DNA of 63,268 nucleotides, filler included, from Basidiobolus ranarum (Eukaryota): NCBI GenBank assembly GCA_040143965.1. It is 10 parts of 10 records of this genome, joined end to end, with 100 filler letters (N's around TTAATTAATTAA, not from the genome) between each part and the next. Parts side by side here need not be neighbours in the genome. Positions count along the whole stretch, not along the records: positions 38,061 to 44,291 come from JASJQH010001370.1; positions 44,392 to 50,620 come from JASJQH010001371.1; 8 more parts are not named here. One strand, 5' to 3'. Shown piece by piece: positions 38,061 to 50,720 of this stretch (position 1 is its first letter; each line of letters starts with the position of its first letter). The notes under the pieces were generated by a model. It saw only the letters and a program-made list of their open reading frames with translations, ran no database searches and was not told where the DNA came from. The position numbers and the translations under genes were made by a program.

Positions 38061-38789
38061 GGAAATGATCAGATCAGGGTTCTCTCTGTAGAGTAGATTA
38101 CGAGTATAAATTACGTTGACTTTATCTACATCCAGAAGCAGTATCCCATCTGGCTGTCCAATTGTGTTTAACTGAACTGAAAGTTTAAAGTGGTGCCAAC
38201 GATTTGTTTGTAGTTGAAAGGTTCCACGGTATAGAGAGATCCCAGTATTTCGACAGATGGAAGTGATATGGCCTAGCTGAGGTGGTACCGAGACATCGTG
38301 AGTAGTGCATAGGCTTGGTATTTGTGGCTTGACAGGAATAGCAGAATAAACTTCACCCACACCATTAAGCAACCATCTAGGACTGAAGCAACAAGTTAAT
38401 CAAAAACACCCCAGGCCGATTGTCATAAGCTTGAATATACTTTACCTTACATTGAAACAATTTTTTCCGTATTCGGACGGTTCACACTCTTCTTTGCCAC
38501 CAAACAACCCGGGCAGAAAACCGGGTGACATGTCGTCTAGCTTTACATCATATTCCAAGGTAATGGAAAATCCATTCACCTCAGTCCTTAGGTTACCTTG
38601 AAGTCGATTGGTTTGAAGAGTTAACACACCCTCCTCTGACAGTTCGTAGTTGGAGTTATTTTCAAACTGAGTTAAATGGAAATCGTCACTGTTTGGCTTT
38701 GACAGGTGTTGAACGATTAGCTCTGTTACGTCTGTATCAGCATGAACTACGGCTGATAAAAGCAACAGCGAAACGAGCGAAAGAAGCAT
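38061..38789 (-). CDS. Secreted, divergent PL14-like polysaccharide lyase homologue, 3'-truncated
   Basis: Signal peptide; LEYDV, LPGLFGG, CF..[intron 38383-38445]..W..NG.GEVY, GISL.RG.F....RW....L.VQLN..G..DG. Confidence 0.75.
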
Positions 38790-39660
38790 TATTGTCGGTA
38801 AAGAAATTTTTATCAATTAGGAGTTTTTATCTTTAGGTTACAGGCAGGATTAAAGACACCGAGTTGGCTATGTAAAGGAGCTGTCGAGATTCTCACGAAG
38901 TCAATATATATTACTCTCAAATCGAACACCGCAACATCAATGAAAAGAAAATTCCGATTCATGGTCAAACAATCAACCAAATATTTCCCGAATTTAACGT
39001 TTCAAAACAAATAATCTCGGAGCTATTATGCGTTCACAATCTATTTTATATAAGGTAAGCTTAGCGTCATTAGTCAATAATATAGGTATATCTTTCGCTC
39101 GAGATTGAATTCATTCCCAGATTTTTATACCAAAATAGTTAAAGCCCAAATCTTCATTAATTGATACAAAGAGAGTGCCTTGCCTAGCCTCTGCTTTAAA
39201 ATGATGCACCTTGGCTGAACACTTGATTCAGAGCACGAATTTATGGTATTCTCAATTACCAACCCCCCTAATTTGAGGAGCGCTTAGCCAAGCGATGTTG
39301 ATCCATTTTCATCATGTTCTAGAATCTCCCAAATCATCCTAGCTTTCCGCAGACTCTTTGAGCCACTCAGAAGCGGCCACTTCGCAGTTCAAGTTAATAT
39401 CCAAACGTGGTTAAAAATCCAAGGGAGTGCCAAGACCTCAGTTGGTGCCTAATTAATTTATTTGAGACTTCATTAATATCGTAGTTAAATGGATATATAA
39501 CTCGTTGCCTCCTCCAGATTCGCAGCAAATCCAATTCGCTAGATTTAGACCTCTTTTCAAACCAAAAATAGTCACTTGCCATCGATCGAGTTGCCTCAAT
39601 AAACTGCTTCCTTTACTATCTTGGATATTGTCTCTTTCCCACCTTTAATATTACCTTACG

Positions 39661-40062
39661 ATGCGCTTGCCGTTGAGCCTCTTGCTTTCTTTGTTATCAC
39701 TTCATACTCGAATTGACAGTGCACCAGTGAACTTACCAGGCCATCAGCTAGATAAATTTAGCGAGTTCCCTCCCTTAAATTATGATTTCACGTTTGAAGT
39801 CCCACTTCCCTCGGATCCATCTGACTTTGACATAGATACGGAGGCTTTCAGGGCCTCTAGAATTCGTCTTTTAGAGTCAATGATTCATGATGATGATTCC
39901 GAACAGGAGCTCGAGCACTCGAACCAGAGGTATCCTGAAATTCAAAGTGAAAGATCGCCAAGCGTAAATAAGGAAGATCAGCTCAATGAAAACAACAAAC
40001 GATTGGGTGCTCAAGGATCCTCTACAAGCGCAGAAAAACGCCGACGTCCACAACGAAGATAG
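39661..40062 (+). CDS. Small secreted acidic protein of unknown function
   Basis: MRLPLSLLLSLLSLHTRIDSAP signal peptide; intact 133-aa ORF. Confidence 0.6.
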   Translation: MRLPLSLLLSLLSLHTRIDSAPVNLPGHQLDKFSEFPPLNYDFTFEVPLPSDPSDFDIDTEAFRASRIRLLESMIHDDDSEQELEHSNQRYPEIQSERSPSVNKEDQLNENNKRLGAQGSSTSAEKRRRPQRR

Positions 40063-40280
40063 TATATGTTAACCTTGTAATTATTGAATGTAATTATATG
40101 CTCTTGAATTGTACCTCCTTTGCTGTATCACGTAATCTACAATCTATTTTCTAATGTAATTGTTTTATAGTCTCACTCAATCTATCAGTAAATAAATTCA
40201 ATCAAAGGTACAGTTGGATATTGCTTCTTTGAACATGCATTTATTCAAAGTAAATGGTTTGTTGAAAATTTCCATATGTT

Positions 40281-40787
40281 CTAATATATATATGGGTTAG
40301 CCATCATGGGTGAACCTAAATGAACTCCTGAGCACTTAGCGTTCAACTGCGCTTTCAAGAAAGCATCACAGGAGAAGTCCTCTGCACGATCCAAATTCAT
40401 ATCTGCGAAACCGCTTCCGCTGGGAAATCCCCACACTGTATTGCAAACTTTAGGTGGGTTTTGAGTCATTTGAGGGCAGAAGCCACGCATACACATGCGA
40501 AACTGGTTTTCGCACTCGAACTTCGTGACACCACAACGTGCATAACAAGCCTCTTTCATATCACAGCACGGACTAAATAATCCATACTCTAGCGTGCGTA
40601 TAGTTGTACAGCCAGCTTCTTTGAGGAAACCTTCCGCTGGAAGGTTAGCTGGACAATTGATTGGTTGGGCACGATTCGTAATTGGGCGCTTTACCATCTG
40701 GAAGTTATATCGAGTAGCATATACTTGAGTCAAGAACAATAAAGAGAACAAGACCAAAAGATATTGACCTCCATTGAAATAAGACAT
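40281..40787 (-). CDS. Secreted Cys-rich protein resembling group XII phospholipase A2
   Basis: Signal peptide; GC...F.PCC....ACY..CG.TK..C...F..CM...C spacing as in PLA2G12. Confidence 0.75.
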   Translation of the reverse strand: MSYFNGGQYLLVLFSLLFLTQVYATRYNFQMVKRPITNRAQPINCPANLPAEGFLKEAGCTTIRTLEYGLFSPCCDMKEACYARCGVTKFECENQFRMCMRGFCPQMTQNPPKVCNTVWGFPSGSGFADMNLDRAEDFSCDAFLKAQLNAKCSGVHLGSPMMANPYIY

Positions 40788-41185
40788 TGGTTTTTAAAAT
40801 AAGACGCTTCTTGACGTGCTAAAAACGTACTCAATACTGTCGAATCTTGAACACTGTTTATTTATATAAATTATTCAGCGTGGATAAGGCGGCAATGATA
40901 CACCGTAATATGTTCATTCATCCATAGAGCTGATAAAACGGTAAAGATTCGAACATCAACTTCTGACTGTTTCATGACTATTGCTGTTTCAAATTTCAAT
41001 CAAATATCATATGCTATGCTGGCTATGACCAGAAAGATCCAAAACGAGGGTCGAAAAAATGAAAGTATTGAGGAAATCCGGGAAAAGAAAAAAAAAGTGA
41101 CCATTCTATATTTGAGGATTTCATCAAATGACATTGACAAATTATCTTTTTAATTCTTTATCAACAAACAGTATAGTAGTTGAAA

Positions 41186-42332
41186 ATGAAAGCTAAACGT
41201 CAAAAGCAGTACAAAAAATGTATGCAAATATACCAAAACACCTTTGGTTTTCGTGAACCGTATCAAGTTATCGGTAAATATATACTTCCATACACCCAGT
41301 GCCCACTTTACATTAGACCCTAACTTCTCTTTGTAATCATGTTGTGATTCATAGTGGATGGAAACTTTTGTCAGGCTGCTTTAGATTCCAGAACGAATCT
41401 GAAAGAGCAACTTCCAAAGACTTTACTTGGTCAAGCTAAACCTAGTAAGTTACTACTTTTAGTCTTTCATTTTCTTGAACAGGTGAAACTAATTTTCTTC
41501 GATAACAAAAAGTGTACACTCTATGTGGTCTTGCAGAAATACGTGCAAAAGGAGAGGAATTTTTGGGTACTGTTATTGCTTTGAAGCGTTACGAGAAGCG
41601 AAGATGTCCACATAAAACTCCACTCACCTCGGCAGAGTGCTTGGCAGAGATTATAGGAGAAGACAATCCACACAATTATTGTGTTGCTACTCAAGATATA
41701 AAGTTGCGAAGCAAATTTCGTAAAATTGCTGGTGTCCCGCTACTCTATCTCAATCGAAGTGTCATGATTTTGGAGCCACCTTCTGGTAAGACACTTGAAA
41801 CTGTAGCTAAGGTGAGTATACACGTATATGGTTTAACCAGAGCAAAGCACTAAACCAATATTCTCTTTCTAGCTTGAAAAGGCTAAAACCCTACCTAGTG
41901 CTGCGGAGATTGCTTTCTTAAAACAGGCCAACCCAACCGTTAAAACAAAAGAACCACCTAAACCAAGAAAGAAGAAACCCAAGGCCCCTAACCCACTCTC
42001 CTGCAAGAAGAAGAAAGAGGTACCAACATCTAAAAAGGAGACAGATACAGCCAGTAAAGATACCTCCACATCTGTAGAAATCAATGAGAACGGAGTAAGT
42101 TACTTGAGATTTTTTAAGACAGAAGCACTTTTACTGACCAGTTAATACCCTATAGAAAAGAAAGTTAGATGATACAGAAAATACGAATAGCGTAGACAAC
42201 GAGCCCGCCACCCTGGCCCCTACTGCCGAAGAAGATCTACCTAAAAAGAAACCCCGCAAGCGTAAGAAGAAGAATAAGGGTGAGAACCCTACCCTCGAGT
42301 CCGAAGTTTCTGCCTCAGTTACAAACGATTAA
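41186..42332 (+). CDS. UTP23: rRNA-processing PIN-domain protein Utp23
   Basis: MK.KRQK.YKK...FGFREPYQVIVDGNF, RRCPH, YCVATQD, GVPLLY, PNPLSCKKKK; introns 41274-41354, 41445-41512, 41812-41872, 42095-42155. Confidence 0.93.
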
Positions 42333-42781
42333 AGAAACAATAGTTTCTCATATCTACTAAGAAAGAGTTTCCAAAATGTTCGCGTAGATTTATTGAGGCT
42401 TGATGGAAAACAATCTTACCTTTGCTCAGATCCAATATTTAATTTTTATAGAAACCATCTCTTTGTAAATTAAAATAGTCATTTCAATCACTTTTCTTTA
42501 TGCATTTAGAACTGCTTTTTAGCTCATGCCCAAGTAGGGCATAATCAAATGAATCAAGTGCAGAGAACTGTCGCCTGGTTGAGAACAAAAATATTTACAC
42601 TTTATTTCACGAGTAAATTATAGCCAATGATATGGGTGAAAAGAGGCACTTTCTACAACAGTATCGACATATGATATATTTACTCTAAATGAAGGAAGAA
42701 AAGCAAGAAACGTATCAACGAGAAAAGAATTTGAACTAATTAACCAGTTAAAGACAGTTGAATAATTGCTTAAAATTCAAT

Positions 42782-43755
42782 CTAATATGGCTTTTTGTGA
42801 GCTCGTTGCTTAAGCTTCTGAGAAAGAACCGACCGAGCCTTAAGTGAGGTAGTGACATTACTTGTTGAGTTTTCCCCAGTGTGTCCTTTGGAAAACATGT
42901 CTTGAATTACGTGATGAGTCTCATCCTGAGGTTTAGCCTTGCTTTCTTGTTCAAGCACCCCTTGTGCTCTTTCCAACTTAGCCAAGGTTGCTGGAATTGA
43001 CTAAATAGACGCAAGTAATCAATATGGCGTAAAAAGAATCAAATATCGAAGAATGATGTATACCTCTTTCAACTCGCTCATTAACTTGATTGTATCCTCA
43101 TAAGATTTCTTGACACGAGATGGGATCTCTTCAGCATTATACTCGACTGGCTCTTCCGTATCAATACACTCGATGTTGTTAGCCAATACAGAACCTCTTT
43201 TAAGGGCGTCGCTAACAAGGAACTGAACTTGCTCGGGAACCTTCTTTCTACGCTCAACTACACGCATAGTAAGCTCTTCAGTTGTAAGTTGAAGATTGAG
43301 TACCTCTTGTTGTAGGTTTTCGTCGAAGGGTTCGATTTCTAAGAAATAGAAGGAAGCAATAATATACTGGTTAAATCCGGAAATACGCATAATAAAGATA
43401 GGCTCTTTAGTTGCAATCTTTATTACCTTCAGCAGTGGTCATCGCGTCTTTGTACTCCATACCATTTACTGATAAACTGTTGCCAGCTAACTTGAAAACC
43501 TGCTCGATCCACTAGAATTGGAAGATAAACGCGTTAGAATAAGATTGTTAGACATTGATTGAGAATATAATAGTTCTTTATCCTAACCCTATTCACTAAA
43601 CTTTGTACGCGTTCCTCCAAGTCGACGTTCTTTTTTTTACCTTTCAAGAACAACTTCTCATTGGATTTAAAAGATTTTTGACTAGCTTGGGTGAATTCGT
43701 TTTTAAGATATTTGACATCTTCCTTCGAATCCACTTGAATTTTTGGGATATCCAT
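42782..43755 (-). CDS. Kinetochore Mis14/Nsl1-like protein, multi-exon
   Basis: KIQVDSKEDVKYL, WIEQVFKLA..SLSVNG, EPFDENL..EV..L...EELT.RV..RRKKVP; three short introns. Confidence 0.75.
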
Positions 43756-44291
43756 AATTGATAGAGGCTGTGAGGTGTACAGAGAAGAGAAGTATAAACA
43801 TTATCTAAACGATGGAATTGCACATAAAAGTTGAGGATTTTTAGTTTGTTTACGTTTATTGAGATTCTTTCTGGAGGATTTGATTGGGCGCCTTGGATTC
43901 TTACTGTAACCTCACATTTACTCAAGATAATTCAGAAAAAAGAAGTCAATCGATAGCAGTTGAATTTATTCACAAAACCATTAGTGCTATAAACATCACA
44001 TGCTGTAGAACAGACCACCTTAAATAAGCTTTGTTCGAAAACGACACACCATCTTTGTTGATTAGGCGAAGTTCAGTTTCCAATAAAAAACCATGAATAG
44101 TGTCGATTCCCAATGATTAAACAAGGTATTCATGCCGCTGTCACATACCTTCCAGTGAACCGAACCTTCCTACATTAAGAGGCAATTGACAGTACTAGGA
44201 CTCAGATTTGGCCGGTGTATTTGGTTTTTGCATTATTTTGGGAGGTGCATTTTCAAATTCTTTGGTTTTCTGACCCTTTGTTGCGTCTTTG

Positions 44292-44391
44292 NNNNNNNNN
44301 NNNNNNNNNNNNNNNNNNNNNNNNNNNNNNNNNNNTTAATTAATTAANNNNNNNNNNNNNNNNNNNNNNNNNNNNNNNNNNNNNNNNNNNN
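44292..44391. other. Artificial contig linker
   Basis: N44-TTAATTAATTAA-N44. Confidence 0.99.
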
Positions 44392-44529
44392 GTCGAAGCC
44401 CAAGAAAAGAAGAAGAAGAAGACCGGTCGTGCCAAGAAGAGAATTCAATACAACCGTCGTTTCGTCAACGTCACCAACCTTATTGGTGGTAAACGCAGAA
44501 TGAACCCTGCCCCTACCTCTGACAAATAA
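44392..44529 (+). CDS. RPS30: 40S ribosomal protein eS30, 3' part
   Basis: [27 protein letters not shown]...GGKRRMNP; absent from the ORF track. Confidence 0.95.
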   Translation, partial: VEAQEKKKKKTGRAKKRIQYNRRFVNVTNLIGGKRRMNPAPTSDK

Positions 44530-44905
44530 GCTCATCTTGATGTATGAGTTTATATCATTCAACATATTTGTGGCGGAGGTCATCCTTGCCTTCCAGGGTT
44601 CCGCTATATTCACAACTGATTTGCGCAACTCGACACATCTATCACTAATGAATAAATAAAATATCATCGTGTTTGTCAAATTGCTGGTGTTTACTTGGCT
44701 TATTAACTACCAAGATCTATAGTCAATTCTCTATTCATTAACTGATTTGTATTGAATGCTCCGCGACATTCCTCAACTTTAGCTTACTTTTCTTTTCCAG
44801 AGTTCACTACAGTGATTGATTGTATGTTATGGGTTCTGTTGTGATGAATCTAAACTCGTCAATTGTTTATTTGGATTGTGGATATGAACTCAAGATATTA
44901 AAGGT

Positions 44906-46585
44906 TCATTTGTTTCTAATGTTTTTTGGATCCTCTATAAACCAACTAATTATACATGTAATTAGGCCAACCAGAGTAATTACAAAGAACGCTGTGTGTT
45001 CGTCGAAGGGGAATCTCAGCGGCGAACGAAGTGACCATGAGTATATTATTCCACACAGAGTAGGGCCAATGGTAGTCATAAGACTAAACATGCATTGAGA
45101 TAACCCATTTAGTGTGCCTAAGCTATGTCTGGCGGGTGTGGATGAGTTTATCAATATCATAGAGCATGACATGCTCACCACCACAGTCAGCGTCTTGAAG
45201 CTAAGGATGACAATTAGTGCGAGCCATACGAACTCTTGCCCAAGCGGGACCAACATACGAATTAGGCCTTGGAAAAAGTAAACTAGCGGGGAGATATGTA
45301 GAATAGTACGCAAAAGGTTCAATGTACCATATCTGTTATGGGCCCAGGGGAACCAGAGCAGTTGAATAAACAAAGTGAGAAGGCCTTGATATCCTAAAGC
45401 AATCCCAATCTGTTCACTCCCAAATGAAAGACCACCATGGTCAACAGATGTGACAACCCACAGTGGAAATAGTTCACTATCCATTACTTGCTGTAATGCA
45501 ATGAACATAAAGGTACTCACAACAAGTAATATCTGTTTCGTGAATAAAGCTTGTAGACCGCTTTTCTTGTCTCCACTAACGGCGACTACCGATACATCTT
45601 CTATGGAGGCGCTTTGATAGCTTTTATGGCTTTTGTTCTGGAGAAGTGATTCGCTTTCGGTGGCTTCGTATTCAACGCTCTGATTCTTGGCTATTTTGGA
45701 TGGTAGAGTTTCTTCTAGATAAAAATATCCAATGATGAATCCAATAAGACATATGATGGCGGTAATTGCACATGGTAGAAAGTAGGGATATGTCTTGAGG
45801 AATTCACATTCTCCGAAAATACTAGGATACTGCTTGGCAGGTTGACTAAGAAATCCACCTAGGATAGAGCCCAGGAGCGAGCCTAGCCCATATACAAATG
45901 GTAGCAAGCTGATGGCACGTGCTTGGTTAGTTTCATCGGTGATTTCACCTACCATGGATCTTAAGACACCAATGTTTCCGCTGAGTAATCCACATATTGT
46001 TCGAGCTGTCATGGCCATTGCATAGCTTCGAGAAAGACCGAAGGTTAGAGCTGAAATAATTACACCACTCAGTCCTAATAAAATGACTGGACGTCTGCCA
46101 ATTCGATCAGAGAGCCATCCCCAAAACAAACCTAAGACGATTGAGGGATTAGCACAGCGTAAATCATCCACAAGTACACGACAACTTACCCGTCAAAAAC
46201 TGGGCAAACGCAAAGCTAGAGGCCAAATATCCAACATAATAGGCAATCTTGAAAGGGTCGTCGGTCACGTGAAAATCTCGCACCTTGGGATTGGTTAGTT
46301 TTAGTCAGAAGCATTAGATAATTTAGGTTCGTACCATCTAGATTTGAAAGGCCAAGTTGAAGAGAGTTAGTAAATATCACCTAGGAACCAGAGTCAATTC
46401 TTGCCAACTTACGAAATAAACGAAAGGGAAAATCATAGCGAAATTGATGGGTTCCTAACATATAAAGCAAGTTGAGTATTCCACACCATGGGCATAGCAC
46501 TTCAGTTACCACTAACCGCTACTCTAACACAGCAGATGATAAACATCTGCTTTTTAGGCAAAGGGGTCTCCTTCAATTGTCTCAT
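44906..46585 (-). CDS. MFS transporter (YCR023C/ZIFL-like drug:H+ antiporter type)
   Basis: TPLPKKQM, EPINF..IFPFVYFMVRDF, WGWLSDRIGRRPV motif A, PYFLPC; introns 46455-46516, 46338-46412, 46284-46334, 46132-46189. Confidence 0.92.
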
Positions 46586-47748
46586 GTTTAGAGAGATGAT
46601 TTGGCTACTAGTTGATGGGATGACAATTGGGAGACATGGTCTTCCTTTTAAAGCTTTGAAGGGAGAGAAGTTTCAAGAAATGCCTGAGGCATTGGTTACA
46701 ATGTAATACAGGTTGCAAAACTTTGTTGATTGGCGAGCATATGATGATTCAATCGGATGGAATATGTCGTCCATTTCAATATATTCCATCTCGACGTGCT
46801 CATTGACTTGTTGGGGATCACACAATACAGCGAACTTCTTATGCCAACTGATAAATAATATTCCCATGTGGTACGAATCATCGGAGCATTCTATCCTGTC
46901 GCTGTAATTACTCCTCAACATGGGGCTATTAATGCTATTAAAGAAACTCCCCTTTATTCCCTGGAGTAGCCATGTTACGTGGAGATTGCGGTATTCTTCT
47001 TGATCCATGTGACAACAGGCGATTATGCGATTTGCATCGCTGAAGGCTGCATTATTTATATTATTAACACTGAGTCTCTATTGAGTTCTACGATCCACAA
47101 GCAATCATACCTGTCGTGTATTATCTACACTGATGGGCCTTGAATACATACACATCTGGATCTGAAGTCTGAATGAAGACAGATCCAGTAGCACAACCGT
47201 AACGCTTAATAATCCAGATCCGGCGTGCAATCTCAAATCAGTGCTTTCTCGCTTGGGTGTGGAGCACATCAAGACGTTATCTCAATGAGACTATTGGGGA
47301 TTCCTGCTTATTCCTGATGACGACCATCCAGTATACTGCGGCCCTCATTCCAGATTGGCTATCTAGATTGTATATTTGCAGGTAGGGTTCAAGGTGTAGC
47401 TCGGGCACTTGGGTAGTAAATTATTGCGGTATTTCATATTTTTTGAATTGCCCGGAAATTATTGCCAATGCAGATATTAGATGCAACTGTGAGTTTCGAA
47501 TGGAAGAGTCATGCAAAATCTGTTCAATTTTGAAACTGCACGAATTTTGGTAACATACAAGCCCATGGGCGTATCCTATTGGCCCCAAGAAGCCAGGAGA
47601 TCATACTTTGACTTGTTGCTAACTTTCATGTTTGTAACAAGTTGACAGCAGTGCAAAGAGGTCTTTCTAAAGATTATCGTTTTATTTCAACCAATCTTAT
47701 CTATGTACATTCCAGGCGTGAGCTCTTAAGTGAAAAATACAATCTCAT

Positions 47749-49525
47749 ATGTCTGGCGTAGTTTCCGGTAACCACGCTTTGGAGCAGGATTTGTTTAACA
47801 ATGAATGCCTATTACAGAATATTTTAGCGTATTTGCAGCCTCAACATCTACCTCCATGTGCCTTGGTCAATTCGCAATGGTATCATTTTGTGGCTGAACA
47901 GTTGTACCGAAAAGTACCTCTTAAAAGACAGATCTTGCTACCCCAGATCTTCAGCATCGGTCGAAACCCACAACTGGGGAGTTTTGTTCGTGAACTGAGA
48001 ATAGATAGTTCTAAACTAAGGCATAATGTATACATCTCTGAAGAATTTCGTGACCTGATGTCAGCCCTTTGCCAATCTTGCGTAAATCTTCAACGATTAT
48101 GGTTTACTTATAACCGTAAAGAGGACTCAGAATGGCTAGCCATGTTGATTCATAACGCCCCAGGTCTTACTTACCTTAACTTCGATGTGGTAAATAAGTC
48201 TAATGCCGTCTTTGGTTCCTTGATAAATGTTTGGGAAAATCTCGAAACTCTAGAGATAACTCATTCAACCTCAAACTTCATAAGAGAGAGTGACGACTTT
48301 ACACGGGTACTAAAGACACATTCAAAACTCACACATATAGTCATCATGGGTGATGTAGATATTCCCGATATCTTAATGCAAGGATTGTCAGAGAATTGCT
48401 CAAAATTACGTAGTTTAACACTTGGTAGTCGTCACAGTTTCGGTTCATTTTCACTTTCTGAAAAAGCTTTATCCACCTTGGTAAAGAACACACCAGAACT
48501 TCGAACCTTAAATTTAGGGACCACAGATTCGAATATACTTCTTCAAGGTGTAGATTGGTTATCAGACGTTGGTAATCATTGTAAAGAATTGAAGTGTTTA
48601 CGCTGGAACGTGTCGCTTAATCCGAATGTCTTCCAGGACTCCTCGAAGTTCAAGGCATTGCTGAGACCATTTTCCTCTCTCACCACTCTTAACATTTCAG
48701 GGCTATCAATCCACTTTGTGTTCGCGATGATTGAGGAAGCATCTCATCTTTCTCATACTTTGTCTACGCTCGTACTAAAGGAGGTCGGGGAATCAGAGCA
48801 AGTTGAGAAGGAGGCAAGACTTCTGTCATATATACCAATTCTATTTCCAAACTTGAGTCATTTGGAATTGCATTGTTATTTAAACCAAATATTGAATCGA
48901 TGTGTGCCTAATATCCTTAAGGGTTTGGAGAAGTTAGAGGTAGCTGTAATAAGTGCCATTGGTGCCGTTTTGGAAGACGAAGATGTAGAAGGAGGTGAAG
49001 CTGATAGTACCCACAATCCTTCTACTCACGTTGCCAGTTGGTTTGAGGATGAGCTCCAGCATCCGTTACATTTAACGAGTTTGAGATTTCTAAAGCTAGA
49101 GAGTATACGGGTTACTAATCAGCTAATCAACGCACTGAGTCACAGCTGTCCAAACCTAGCCAAGTTGTATATATTGTCCTATTTCTCACGGATATACACA
49201 CCAATAGACTTTTCAGTAAGTAATATGTTCAAGTACGTAGCATATGCATTGCTCTTGTAACCTTATTATTTGCTAGTTGATTCGCTCTCTGGTCACAACC
49301 CTTAGCCAGCTAAACACCATACATCTTCGGTGGATTGCATTGGAAGAGCCCCAAGCATATATCAGGGAGTTCTTCAGTACCATGACGAAAGTGCGGGAAA
49401 TAGAGTTGATATATTTGACTCCACTAAAATATGAATTCGGTGATATTACTGAATCTGGCTCCAATCCGAATGCCAATGATTATGAGGATGAATTTATAAG
49501 TATCAAAATGAGTATACGCAAGTAA
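47749..49525 (+). CDS. F-box/leucine-rich-repeat (RNI-like) protein
   Basis: N-terminal ECLLQNILAYL...CALVNSQW...LYR F-box; repeated C.NL..L.L motifs; intron 49216-49276. Confidence 0.85.
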
Positions 49526-50317
49526 CACCTTACTTGGCCAATAAAAGTGTTGATGTTCTATGGGTTACTTGTAAAGCCAACGATCAGCTGTATTATTGCA
49601 AGTGGCCTATTGAATGAATGTCTGTACTGCAGCACGTCGGAATGATTGCCTTTATTGACTAAGATTGGATGGAGGTTACATAGATAGGCTTAGAGGGGAA
49701 AGGATAATCACGATCTAGCGAAACCTGTTCGTTAATATGTTCCAGTGTATTCATGTTGGGAGCTTCCTCACAGTCAGAATACCAAGTGCTATGCGTGCAT
49801 AATACGTTATCATTCTTAGGTAAATATGTTTCAGAGGCTGTATGCCGTATCACAGATAAGTAGCAAATAGAGCAGTTAGTTGGTATGCAGACCCAAAGCG
49901 AGGAGAACCATCGCAAAAGCAGAGTACTTCTTTGGATTAAGCATGATACTCTTGCCTGGATATATCAAGTTACTTGTGTGAAGTATTGCCTGAAATGAAC
50001 TTTACTCACTACATGCGTTAACTCACATTACGCTATCTCCCATAACTGATTCATCTTTATGTATGTGAATTTACAAACTGTATCTTAGTAATCAGCGGGC
50101 AAGTCAAGCTGAGTTTCATATACGCATTTATTTGTATGTATACAACTATCTCTACAGGTATTACATTATTTGCGCCTCTAGTCATCTTGCGACTAAGGGT
50201 AGAATAATTGGATATGGTGAATCAGTTTTCAACTCACATTTTTTGATAGCTATATTCCTTTTTTGCTCCTTTATTCCTTCTCTAGTTCTATTTTTTATTG
50301 CTGTTGTGTCATCCATC

Positions 50318-50620
50318 TGTTGAAATTAGCATAGCCTAAACACCTATATTGCCTTATATCTTAGTATTTAGTTATCCTCTATTTCACTAAGATATTGCCC
50401 ATTATTCTCATGAGGAATCTACTTTGAATATCTTTACCAACTTCAAAGTTCTCAGATATATAGATTTTTCAAACTTATGCTAGAAGCTCCAAATTTTGCA
50501 CACATGTTTCTGTTAAAGTATTTGGGAGCCTGTTGGAAGTGGTTTGGAGAATTAGAGGAATTGGTGGTTTTCACTTGTTGATTTATTGAGTAGAAAGTTG
50601 ACATTTATAGTTTTGTCAAG
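50318..50620. mobile_element. Nested solo-LTR family copies: the copy at 50318-50510 is interrupted by an inverted copy starting at 50511
   Basis: 50318 matches 20770 and 34077; 50511 TGTTAAAGTATTTGGGAGCC closely matches 33038. Confidence 0.85.
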
Positions 50621-50720
50621 NNNNNNNNNNNNNNNNNNNNNNNNNNNNNNNNNNNNNNNNNNNNTTAATTAATTAANNNNNNNNNNNNNNNNNNNNNNNN
50701 NNNNNNNNNNNNNNNNNNNN
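50621..50720. other. Artificial contig linker
   Basis: N44-TTAATTAATTAA-N44. Confidence 0.99.

Noticed and set aside
46673..47008. 111-aa ORF just upstream of the MFS gene
   Set aside because: No motif or other support; may be chance or a relic
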